From an uncultured Planctomycetota bacterium (GTDB lineage: Bacteria; Planctomycetota; Planctomycetia; Isosphaerales; Isosphaeraceae): a stretch of 64,000 bases of DNA. Location: contig CAWJTV010000011.1 of NCBI GenBank assembly GCA_963845755.1, positions 480,001-544,000 of the forward strand, in the 5' to 3' direction. The notes below the pieces were generated by a model, which did not search any database, was not told the DNA's origin, and was given only the letters and a program-made list of their open reading frames with translations. A program made the translations under genes and the position numbers. Shown piece after piece: positions 1 to 9,259 of the stretch (positions are counted from its first letter, which is position 1; every line of letters begins with the position of its first letter).

Positions 1-128
1 CAATGTGGACATGGGTTTCGGACCTCGCGTCGTACTCATCGGCACCAGCCTCCCCAGGTATACTATAGACCAGCCGCGCGGCAGGTCAACGATCGCCGAA
101 CATCCTTCGCCGCACTCGGAGCCGAACC

Positions 129-1543
129 GTGAACCTGTCCACCGTGATCCGAGGTGAGCGGTTTGCCTTCGCCGACCTGCGCGCGGTCTTCGCTTCGGCC
201 AACGAGGAGAAGTCGGGCGACCAGCTCGCCGGGATCGCCGCGCCGACCGAACGCCGGCGCGTCGCCGCCAAGCTGGTGCTGGCCGAGTTGACGCTCGGCG
301 AGATCGTCGACCATCCGCTGATCGATCCCGACACCGATGAGGTCAGCCGGCTGATCCTCGAATCGCTCGATCCGGGCATCTTCGGGCCCTTCCGCGGCTG
401 GACCGTGGGCGCGTTTCGCGATTGGGTCCTCGACGACGCCACGACGGGCGAAACCCTGGCCGCGGTCCGGCCGGGCTTGACTCCGGAGGTCGTGGCGGCG
501 GCGGCCAAGCTGATGGGCAACAAGGACCTCGTCCTGGCCGCGAGCAAGGTGCGGGTCGTCACCCGCTGCCGCAACACGATGGGCCAGCGCGGGGTGCTGG
601 GCATCCGGATCCAGCCGAACCACCCCCGCGACGACCTGGGCGGCATCCTGCTGTCCGCCGCCGACGGCCTGCTCTTCGGCTGCGGCGACGCGATGATCGG
701 CGTCAACCCGGCCGCGGAGTCGGTCGACGTCGCCGAGGCGATCCTCCGCGCACTCGACCGCCTCATCACTACGTTCGAGCTCCCCACACAAGCGTGTTGC
801 CTGGCTCATATCACGACCCAGCTCGACTGCCTCGACCGCGGCGCGCCGGTCAACCTGCTGTTCCAGTCGGTGGCCGGCACCGAGGCGGCCAATGCCAGCT
901 TCGGGATCAACCTGGAGCTGCTCCGCGAGGGACATCGTCGCGTGATCGAGCACCATCGGGGCCGCGACGTCGCCTGGGCGGCGAGCAGGCGATGTACTTC
1001 GAGACGGGGCAGGGGAGTGCCCTGTCGGCCGGCGCCCATCAGGGCGTCGACCAGCTCACGCTCGAGGCCAGGGCCTACGGCGTGGCCCGGGCGTTCGATC
1101 CGTTCCTGGTCAACAGCGTCGTCGGCTTCATCGGGCCGGAGTACCTGCACGACGAGCGGCAGATCCTCCGCGCCGGGCTGGAGGACCACTTCATGGGCAA
1201 GCTGCTGGGCCTCCCCATGGGCGTGGACGTCTGCTACACCAACCACGCGGCGGCCGACCAGAACTCGGCCGATAACCTCCTCCTGCTCCTGGCGGCGGCC
1301 GGGTGCAACTACTTCATGGGCGTCCCGTGTTCGGATGATGTGATGCTCAATTATCAGTCCACCAGCTACCACGACGCCCTGGCCGTGCGCCGGCTCTTCG
1401 GCCTGCGCCCGGCGCCGGAGTTCGCCGCATGGCTGGAGGCGCGCGGGCTGCCATCCGGCGATCACGCGGCCATCGAGGACGGCCCCGCCCGCCGTCGCAT
1501 GCTGGAAACGCTCGGCCCGATGCTCGAAGGCGCGGAGGGTTGA
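129..1543 (+). CDS. eutB: Ethanolamine ammonia-lyase large subunit (one frameshift near 980)
   Basis: ORF 129..1343 gives ANEEKSGDQLAGIAA, RIQPNHPRDD, GCGDAMIGVNP, CLAHITTQ and LLFQSVAGTEAAN. ORF 422..1543 continues with MYFETGQGSALS, VNSVVGFIGPEYL, LEDHFMGKLLGLPMGVDVCYTNH and DDVMLNYQSTS. Confidence 0.95.
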
Positions 1544-1546
1544 CCG

Positions 1547-3154
1547 ATGGAACGTGGTCGCGAGACACCGCCGGCCGTCGAGCCCGCGGCCGACGACGAC
1601 GTCCGCCGTCTGCACGCGATGGGCTATGCCCAGGAGCTGGCGCGCCGGCTGGGCGCGTTCTCGAACTTCGCCCTGTCCTTGTCGATCATCTGCATCCTGG
1701 CCGGCGGGGTCACATCGTTCCACCTGGGCCTGTGCAGCGTGGGCGGGGCGTCGATCGGCCTGGGCTGGCCTCTGGTGAGCCTGTTCGCACTGGCGGTCGC
1801 GGCCACGATGGGCCAGCTCGCCTCGACATTCCCGACGGCGGGCGGGTTGTACCACTGGGCGGCGATCCTGGGAGGCCGCGGCTGGGGCTGGACCACCGCC
1901 TGGTTCAACCTCGCCGGGCTGATCACCGTGCTGGCCGCAATCAACGTCGGGACCTATCGGTTCGCGATGGCGGCACTCGGGCCCGGCTGGGTGCCGTCGG
2001 AGTTCGACCTGGCGGCCCAAGCCGTAGGCGTCATCCTGATCACGATGTCCCAGGCGGCCGTCAACCATCTGGGCATCGGCGCGACGGCGAAGCTGACCGA
2101 CTTCAGCGGCTACTGGATTCTCCTGGTGTCCGCGGCGTTGACGGCCGCCCTGCTGACGTTCGCGCCGGCGTGGACCTCTCGCGGCTGGTGAGCTTCCGCA
2201 ACTACAGCGGCTCGGCCGGCGGCGACGTCTGGCCGGCGACCGAGGGAATGGTCCTGCTCTTCGCCCTGGGGGCGCTCTTGCCGGCGTACACGATCACCGG
2301 CTTTGACGCCTCGGCCCACGCCTCGGAGGAGACCCTCGGCGCGTCGGCGAGCGTGCCACGGGGCATCGTCCGCTCGGTGCTGGTCTCGGGGCTGGCGGGA
2401 TGGATCTTCCTCGATGCCGTCGTGCTGGCGGCGCCCAGCCTGGGCGAGGCGGCGGCTCGCGGGGAGGGGGCGTTCCTCTGGATCCTGACCGGCGTGCTCC
2501 CGCATCCGATGGTCGTCGTCCTGTGCGCCGGGATCGTCGTGGCCCAGTACCTCTGCGGGCTTGGCCACGGTGACCTCGGCCTCGCGGATGGCCTATGCCT
2601 TCGCCCGGGACGGCGGCCTGCCCTTCTCGACGGCGGTGCGATGGGTCTGCCCCCGCCGGCGGTCGCCCGCGGTCGCGATCTGGAGTGTCTCCGTCGTCTC
2701 GGTCTTGTTCACGATCCATACTCCGGTCTATTCGACGATCACCGCCGTCTGCACGATCTTCCTCTACGTCTCGTACGTCGTGCCGACCACGCTGGGGGCC
2801 TGGGCGTACGGCCGATCCTGGACGGCGATGGGCCCCTGGGACCTCGGGCGCTGGTACCGGCCCCTGGCCGTGCTCAGCGTGGCCGGCTGTGCCGGTCTGA
2901 TCGCGATCGGGATGCAACCGCCCAACGAGCGCTCGGTCTGGGTCGTCGGCGGCGTCGCCACGGCGCTGGCCGCCGCGTGGTTCGGAGGCGTGCGACGACG
3001 CTTTCCGGGTCCGCCGCATACGGCCCTCCTCGTCGGGCGACAGGCCGCGGCGATCCCCGTTGCCGACCACACAACCCCGGGGTCGATCGGACCGGCTTCG
3101 GTTGACTCTCTCGAACCATCGAGCCATCATCATGACCCCATCACGAATGATTGA
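1547..3154 (+). CDS. APC-superfamily amino acid/amine permease (frameshifts near 2170 and 2560)
   Basis: MGYAQELARRLGAFSNFALSLSII, LASTFPTAGGLYHWA, TITGFDASAHASEET and SRMAYAFARDGGLPFS lie across three overlapping ORFs with many TM segments. The gene sits between eutB and eutC. Confidence 0.9.
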
Positions 3155-3994
3155 GCAACCGGGCGATTCGGACGACGACACCGGGCTGTCGCCGCCACCG
3201 GGTTCCGCCACGATCCTGGATCGCGTGCGCTCCCGGACCCCGGCGCGAATTCTGGCCGGCCGCGCCGGCTCGTCCTACCGGACCGCGACTTATCTGGAGC
3301 TGCGCCGCGATCATGCGGCGGCGCGCGACGCCGTCCACGCCGAGCTGGACCTGGGGCGCGACCTGGGCCCGGCGTTCGTGGCCGAGTGGGGATTGTTCGA
3401 GATCGCCACGATGGCGAAGACCCGATCGGAGTTCCTGCTGCGGCCCGAACTGGGCCGGTCGCTCGACCCATCGGCCCGGCCCGAGCTGTCCGGCCTCTGC
3501 CCGACCGGCGCCGACATCCAGGTGGCCATCGCCGACGGATTGTCCGCGGTGGCCGTGCGGCGCAGGTCCCCGCGCTGCTCCCCTTGCTGGCGGCGGAGGC
3601 CCGGCGCCGCGGCTGGCGGTTCGGCCGGCCGTTCGCGATCCGCCATGGCCGCGTGGGCGTGCTCAACGACATCGGCGAGGTCCTGGGCCCGGCCGTCGTC
3701 GTGCTCCTGATCGGCGAGCGGCCCGGCCTGGCAACCGCCGAGAGCCTCTCGGCCTACATGGCGTACTGCCCCAGGGCCGGGCACGACGACTCCCGGCGCA
3801 ACCTGATCTCCAACATCCATTCGCGCGGAGTCCCGGTCGACGAAGCGGCTGTCCGGATCGGCCGGCTCGCCGAGCAGATGATCGGGCTTGCGACCAGCGG
3901 CGTCGCGGTCAAGGAACAGGGGGGACTCGTCATGGTCTCGGCCCCGGAACCTCGTCTCCTGGACCGGAAACCCTCGTCCCCCGGGCGTCTCTGA
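3132..3994 (+). CDS. eutC: Ethanolamine ammonia-lyase small subunit (frameshift near 3560)
   Basis: RTPARILAGRAG, DHAAARDAVH, LRPELGRSL and IADGLSA, then GRVGVLNDIGE, LLIGERPGLATAESLSAY and RNLISNIH. Confidence 0.93.
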
Positions 3995-4285
3995 GGCGGG
4001 AACACGGGACGCACGGCCGAGGTCTCCGAGACTGTTGCGTGGAAACCGGACGGATCGCGGCGCGGTCACGGACGCACCGGCTCTCCTGAGGGCTCTGCCG
4101 GCTGTCGCCGGCTCCAACCCCAGGAGAGCCCAGTCTCCGGGCCCAAGCTCGACGATCATTCGGTTTCGTTGCATCAGTCTCCAGTTTTCGTCATTTTCCC
4201 CCCTCATGAAGGGGGAGCCAGGAGGGGTGCATTCGCATCGGCACTGGGTATACGTGAGTCAATCGTTAAGCGATCTCGTCAACGG

Positions 4286-7200
4286 TTATCGACCGAGTCT
4301 TCTTGAAACCGGCTGTGACGATGACGGTGTTTGCGTTCGCGATGGCCAAGGAGGGCGCGCCGTTGAGGGGCGCGATGGCCTGATTGTCGCTATTGAAGAA
4401 GTCCAACGTGCCGATCGGGTCGCCGGTCGCCAGGCTATGAGTCCCGACGCGTTGCCCGCCATCGCGGCCGATGTCCTGACCATCGCGGCGCTTGGGGCCG
4501 TCGCCGGGTCGATGAAGATCCCGCTGAGCACCGCGTTCGCGCCGGCCTCGTGCGTGATCGTGATCACCACGTCGCCTTGCATCTTCCAATCCAGATACAC
4601 CCCGCCGGTGAACGACGAGAGCGTCTCGGTGTCCAGGACCGTCCCCGTCGTCGCGTCGCTGATCTGGATCTGTTCGACGCGGCTCGGCGAGCTTTGCAGG
4701 TCGAGCATGTACAGCTCGATGTCGTGCGCCTGTCCGTCGATCAGGTCCAGGTTCACCGTGAAGCTGGTGGTCGAGTACCAGGCCGCCTCGATCCGGCCGG
4801 ATCCGCCCGGGTTCTGCAGCGCCTGGGGTGCGGTCGTGCTGGCCGACCAGATGTGGGTCAATTCGCCGCTGGGCGAGACGGTGGCGTAGGGGGACAGGCT
4901 GGGCGTGTCGCCGATGACGTCGTAGCCCTGCGTGCCGTAGGTCCCGATCCAACTGCCCTGCGTCGTCGTGTCCGTCTTGAGGAACGTGGCCGAGGCGGTC
5001 GCCGCAGGCGGATCGATGAAGATCCCGCTGAGCACCGCGTTGGCGCCGGCCTGGTGCGTGATCGTGATCACCACGTCGCCCTGCACCATCCAATTCAGAT
5101 ACACGCCGTTCGTGAACGACGAGAGCGTCTCGGTGTCCAGGACCGTCCCCGTCGTCGCGTCGCTGATCTGGATCTGCTCGACCCGGCTCGGCGAGCTTTG
5201 CAGGTCGAGCGCGTAGAGTTCGAGGTCGTGCGCCTTCCCGTCGGTCAGGTTCAAGTCCACCGTGAAGCTGGTGGCCGAGTACCAGGCCGCCTCGATCCGG
5301 CCGGATCCGCCCGGGTTCTGAAGCGCCTGGGGTGCGGTCGTGTTGGCCGACCAGACGTGGAGTGTCGCGCCGTTGGCCGCAAGGAGGGCGTAGGAGGGTA
5401 AGCTGGGGGTGTCGTCGATGACGTCGTAGCCCTGCGCGCCGTAGGTCCCGATCCAACTGCCCTCCGTCGTCGTGTCTTTCTGGAGGAACCTGGCCGAGGA
5501 TGTTAGCATCGGCGGATCGATGAAGATCCCGCTGAGCACCGCGTTCGCGCCGGCCTCATGCGTGATCGTGATCATCAGATCGCCTCGCACCACCCAGTTC
5601 AGATACACGCCGTTCGTGAACGACGAGAGTGTCTCGGTGTCCAGGACCGCCCCCGTCGCCGCGTTGCTGATCTGGATCTGTTCGACGCGGCTCGGCGAGC
5701 TTTGCAGGTCGAGCGCATAGAGCTCGATGTCGTGCGCCTGTCCGTCGGTCAGGTCCAGGTTCACCGTGAAGCTGGTGGTCGAGTACCAGGCCGCCTCGAT
5801 CCGGCCGGATCCGCCCGGGTTCTGGAGCGCCTGGGGTGCGGTCGTGCTGGCCGACCAGACGTGGGTCAATTCCCCGCTGGGCGTGACGGTGGCATAGGAG
5901 GGCAAGGCGGCGGTGTCGCCGATGACGTCCTCGCCCTGGGCGCCGTAGGTCCCGATCCAACTGCCCTGCGTCGTCGTGTCCTGCTTGAGGAACACGGCCG
6001 ACGTTGACGTCCCGTTGGAGCTCACGGTCACGGAGGCGGTTCCCGTGATACTCGGAGTGGTCGTGTCCGTCGCCGTGATCGACTGGGCCCCCGACGTCAC
6101 CAACGTCACGGAGAAGGTATGCTGGCCCGCGTCGGTCGCGGTGAAGGGATAGTTGGACGGCAGGACAGCGTGCGGGTCGCTGCTGGTCACGGCAACCGTG
6201 CCGGTATAGCCGGTCGCCACGTTGCCGTAGGCGTCGTAGGCCGTGACGGTGACGCTACCGGCGGTCCCCGAGCTATCGGGATTGGGGAAGCCGGTGAGCG
6301 TGAACGCATGCGCCGCGGCTGGCTGCACGATGAGGCCCGTCTGAGAGCCGGTGATGCTCGAGGAATTCACATCGGTTGCATTCACATTTCTGGTTCCGAC
6401 AGTCTCGAGTGTCACGGAGAAGGTGTGCGTGCCCTGATCGGTGGTGGTGAAGGGATAGTTGGCCGGCAGGACGGCGTGGGGATCGTTGCTGGAGAAGTGG
6501 ACCGTGCCGGTGTAGTTGGTGATCACGTTGCCATAGCGATCCGTGGCGCTGACCGAGAGGTTGTGGGCCGCGCCGGCCGTGGGATTCGTCGGGAACCCAG
6601 CGACGACGAACTTGGAGAGCGCGGCGGCCTGGACGGTGATCCCGGTCTCGCTGCCGGTGACGCTCGACGTGCTCGAGTCGGTGGCGGTGATCGACTGCTG
6701 GCCGGCCGTATCGAGCGTGGCGGTGAACGTCGCCGTCCCCTGGTCCTCGGGGCTCAGGGCGGTGCTGGCCGGTAGGCTCGCCTGGCCGTCGGTGCTGGAG
6801 AACTGGACCGTCCCGGTATAGTTGGTCGCCACGTTGCCAAAGCTGTCGTAGGCCGTGACCGTGAAGGACTGGGACGTGCCGGCGGTGTCGGTGGTCGGGA
6901 AGCCGGTCACCGCGAGCGACTTGGCGCCGCCGGCCTGGACGGAGAGGTTTTCGTCGTCGCCGATGATCTTCGAATTCCCGGTATCCGTCGCCGTGATCGA
7001 CTGGAGAGTGCCGGCGGTCTTGAACGTGATGGCGAAGGTGTGGCTACCGGCATCGGCGGCCGTGAACTTGTAATTCCGCGGTAGCTGAGCCTGGGGGTCC
7101 GTGCTGGTGAACGCGACCGTACCCAGGTAGCCGGTGTCGGTGCCGCCATTGGGGCTCAGCGCCGTGACGGTGAAATCCTCGACATTCCCCGCGGTGCTCA

Positions 7201-9163
7201 CCGCGGGGATGCCGGTGACGCTCAGGAGGTCGGTCGAGCCCGGGGCCGTCTGGCGGATGGTCTCGACGAACGCGTCGCCGGTCTCGCCGTTGGTCCCGTT
7301 GCGATTCTGGTTCATGGCATTGCCGTACCAGTCCTGGATGGCGGGGCCAACCGTCAGCGTGTAGGAGCCGGCGGCGGTCTGGGCGGGGAATGCGATGGTG
7401 AACTCGTGGTCGTTCGAACCGGAGACCGCGCTGATGGTCACCTGGTTGCTGGGGATCACACCGCCGGGCCCGGTGATCTTGACCTGGGCGGCCGTGAAGG
7501 TCGCGGGGTTGATCTCCTCGTTGAAGGTCAACTGCACGGAGCTGAGGCCCGCACTGCTGTTGACCGAGCCGCTGGGGGTGGCCGAGACCACATCGGGGCC
7601 GTCGGTGTTGGCGACGGCGGCCCCCGCGTTCAGGACGCCGCCGGTGGTCACCTTGCCCGCCAGGCGGTAATCGGGCGTGACCGTGTCGAGCACCGCATCG
7701 ATGACCTGGCTCATCGACCAGGAGGGATGTGCGGCCTCGACCAGCGCGATCGTGCCGGTCACCAGCGGCGCCGACATCGACGTGCCGCTGTCGGTACCGT
7801 AGTTGCCGCCCTCCGTCAGGCTATAGACGCCCACTCCGGGGGCAGCCAGTTGGACCGTGCCGGTCCCGTAGTCGGAGAAGGACGCGAGCTGGCCGGAGCT
7901 GCTGGTGGCCGCGACCGCGATCACGTTCGGGTATTGCGCCGAGTAGGATGCCGGCGAGAAGAAGGTGGTGTCATCATCCGCCCCATCGTTGCCGGCGGCC
8001 GCCACGATGATCACGTTGTTCTCGTCGGCATACTGGATCGCGGCGGCGATGGTCGGATCCGTCCCGGTCCCGCCCCAGCTCGCGTTGATCACCTTGGCGC
8101 CGTGCAGCACGGCGTAGTCGATCGCCTCGGCGGCGGCCGTGTCCGAACCATTGCCCGTCGAGTCGAGGAACGACACCGGCATGAGTTGCGTCGTCCAGTC
8201 CACGCCCGTGCCACCGACCCCGTTGTTGCCCACCTCGGCGATCTCGCCCGCCGTGAACGTCCCGTGGCCCTGGTCGTCCATCGGGTTGTTGGTGTTGTTA
8301 ACGTAGTTCCAGCCGATGAAGTCGTTGGGATCCGCCGTGTCGTTGTCCTGGGTGTCCGGCGCGTTGGGATTCACCCAGCCGCCGATGGCCGTCGAGGCGA
8401 GCACGTCGGCCCCGCTGATGATCCCGTCGTTGTTGGTGTCCTCGATCTTCCCGGCCCCCTGATTCACCGAGTTGTTCAGATCCGTGAACGTGATGAATCC
8501 ATCGTGGTTGACGTCCGTCAGGTTGGGGAGCACGCTCGAAGGGATCTCGGGCTGATTGAGCCAGACGTTATCGGCGATGTCGGGAAGGTTGTAGTTGAGG
8601 CCGGTGTCCGTGTCGGCGACGATCACCGAGTTCGAGCCGGTGGTGACGCTCCAGGCCGCCGGGGCATTGATTCCCCAGGGGCCGTTGAGCTGCCACTGGG
8701 AGCCGTTGACATAGACCGGATCGTTGGGGACCGTGAGGTCGTTCACCATCTGCTCGGGGTCGGCGTAGGCGACCGCCGGGTTGGCCGAGAGCACCTGGGC
8801 CAGCGGGCCGATGTTGGCGGCAGGGCCCTGCACCGTGTAGAGCCCGGAGATCGTCGTGGCCTGGACGGTCGCGCCCTCGGCCGCGATCAGGGGCATCAGT
8901 TGCGATAACGCCCCGACAGAGCCCGGCTGGAACTGGAGATTGAGGGTCTCCTGGGCGGGTGCCGGCGCGGGCATCGGGCCCATCACGCCGGACGCCGACA
9001 GCAGGGTCCGGGCCTCCAACTCATCCAGCCTCAGCCCCAGCCCGCTTGCCGCCCGGCGGCGATGCCAACGCGCCGGCATCCCGATTCGAAGCCCGCGACC
9101 GATGGTCTTCCCCACCCAATCGAGGTTCACGATGCCGGGGGAACGACGGCCATGATGCGACAT
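4286..9163 (-). CDS. Secreted S8 (subtilisin-like) serine peptidase with Ig-like repeats and three C-terminal ~168-aa repeats
   Basis: Planctomycete-type LDELEARTLLS motif. Catalytic motifs VADTDTG, DDQGHGT, AAGNDG and GTSMSAP. Four ~100-aa repeats of the YTGTVxFSSxD type. The true C-terminus may be in the 4266 frame. Confidence 0.9.
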   Translation of the reverse strand: MSHHGRRSPGIVNLDWVGKTIGRGLRIGMPARWHRRRAASGLGLRLDELEARTLLSASGVMGPMPAPAPAQETLNLQFQPGSVGALSQLMPLIAAEGATVQATTISGLYTVQGPAANIGPLAQVLSANPAVAYADPEQMVNDLTVPNDPVYVNGSQWQLNGPWGINAPAAWSVTTGSNSVIVADTDTGLNYNLPDIADNVWLNQPEIPSSVLPNLTDVNHDGFITFTDLNNSVNQGAGKIEDTNNDGIISGADVLASTAIGGWVNPNAPDTQDNDTADPNDFIGWNYVNNTNNPMDDQGHGTFTAGEIAEVGNNGVGGTGVDWTTQLMPVSFLDSTGNGSDTAAAEAIDYAVLHGAKVINASWGGTGTDPTIAAAIQYADENNVIIVAAAGNDGADDDTTFFSPASYSAQYPNVIAVAATSSSGQLASFSDYGTGTVQLAAPGVGVYSLTEGGNYGTDSGTSMSAPLVTGTIALVEAAHPSWSMSQVIDAVLDTVTPDYRLAGKVTTGGVLNAGAAVANTDGPDVVSATPSGSVNSSAGLSSVQLTFNEEINPATFTAAQVKITGPGGVIPSNQVTISAVSGSNDHEFTIAFPAQTAAGSYTLTVGPAIQDWYGNAMNQNRNGTNGETGDAFVETIRQTAPGSTDLLSVTGIPAVSTAGNVEDFTVTALSPNGGTDTGYLGTVAFTSTDPQAQLPRNYKFTAADAGSHTFAITFKTAGTLQSITATDTGNSKIIGDDENLSVQAGGAKSLAVTGFPTTDTAGTSQSFTVTAYDSFGNVATNYTGTVQFSSTDGQASLPASTALSPEDQGTATFTATLDTAGQQSITATDSSTSSVTGSETGITVQAAALSKFVVAGFPTNPTAGAAHNLSVSATDRYGNVITNYTGTVHFSSNDPHAVLPANYPFTTTDQGTHTFSVTLETVGTRNVNATDVNSSSITGSQTGLIVQPAAAHAFTLTGFPNPDSSGTAGSVTVTAYDAYGNVATGYTGTVAVTSSDPHAVLPSNYPFTATDAGQHTFSVTLVTSGAQSITATDTTTPSITGTASVTVSSNGTSTSAVFLKQDTTTQGSWIGTYGAQGEDVIGDTAALPSYATVTPSGELTHVWSASTTAPQALQNPGGSGRIEAAWYSTTSFTVNLDLTDGQAHDIELYALDLQSSPSRVEQIQISNAATGAVLDTETLSSFTNGVYLNWVVRGDLMITITHEAGANAVLSGIFIDPPMLTSSARFLQKDTTTEGSWIGTYGAQGYDVIDDTPSLPSYALLAANGATLHVWSANTTAPQALQNPGGSGRIEAAWYSATSFTVDLNLTDGKAHDLELYALDLQSSPSRVEQIQISDATTGTVLDTETLSSFTNGVYLNWMVQGDVVITITHQAGANAVLSGIFIDPPAATASATFLKTDTTTQGSWIGTYGTQGYDVIGDTPSLSPYATVSPSGELTHIWSASTTAPQALQNPGGSGRIEAAWYSTTSFTVNLDLIDGQAHDIELYMLDLQSSPSRVEQIQISDATTGTVLDTETLSSFTGGVYLDWKMQGDVVITITHEAGANAVLSGIFIDPATAPSAAMVRTSAAMAGNASGLIAWRPATRSARWTSSIATIRPSRPSTARPPWPSRTQTPSSSQPVSRRLGR
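4511..6000 (-). repeat. Three tandem 504-bp intragenic repeats
   Basis: gatgaagatcccgctgagcaccgcgtt recurs at about 4511, 5015 and 5519. Protein unit: FLKxDTTTQGSWIGTYG...SGIFIDP. Confidence 0.95.
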
Positions 9164-9259
9164 GATGATGCAACTCCCTTGTTCCGATCCGATCTCGATG
9201 ATGCGATAGAACCCATCGCGTCGGCGCGAGTCCAGGCCGGACCGGGGCCCACGGCTTTT

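Noticed and set aside
1..128. Cobalamin riboswitch upstream of eutB
   Set aside because: No B12-box or conserved riboswitch elements are visible in the 128 nt available.
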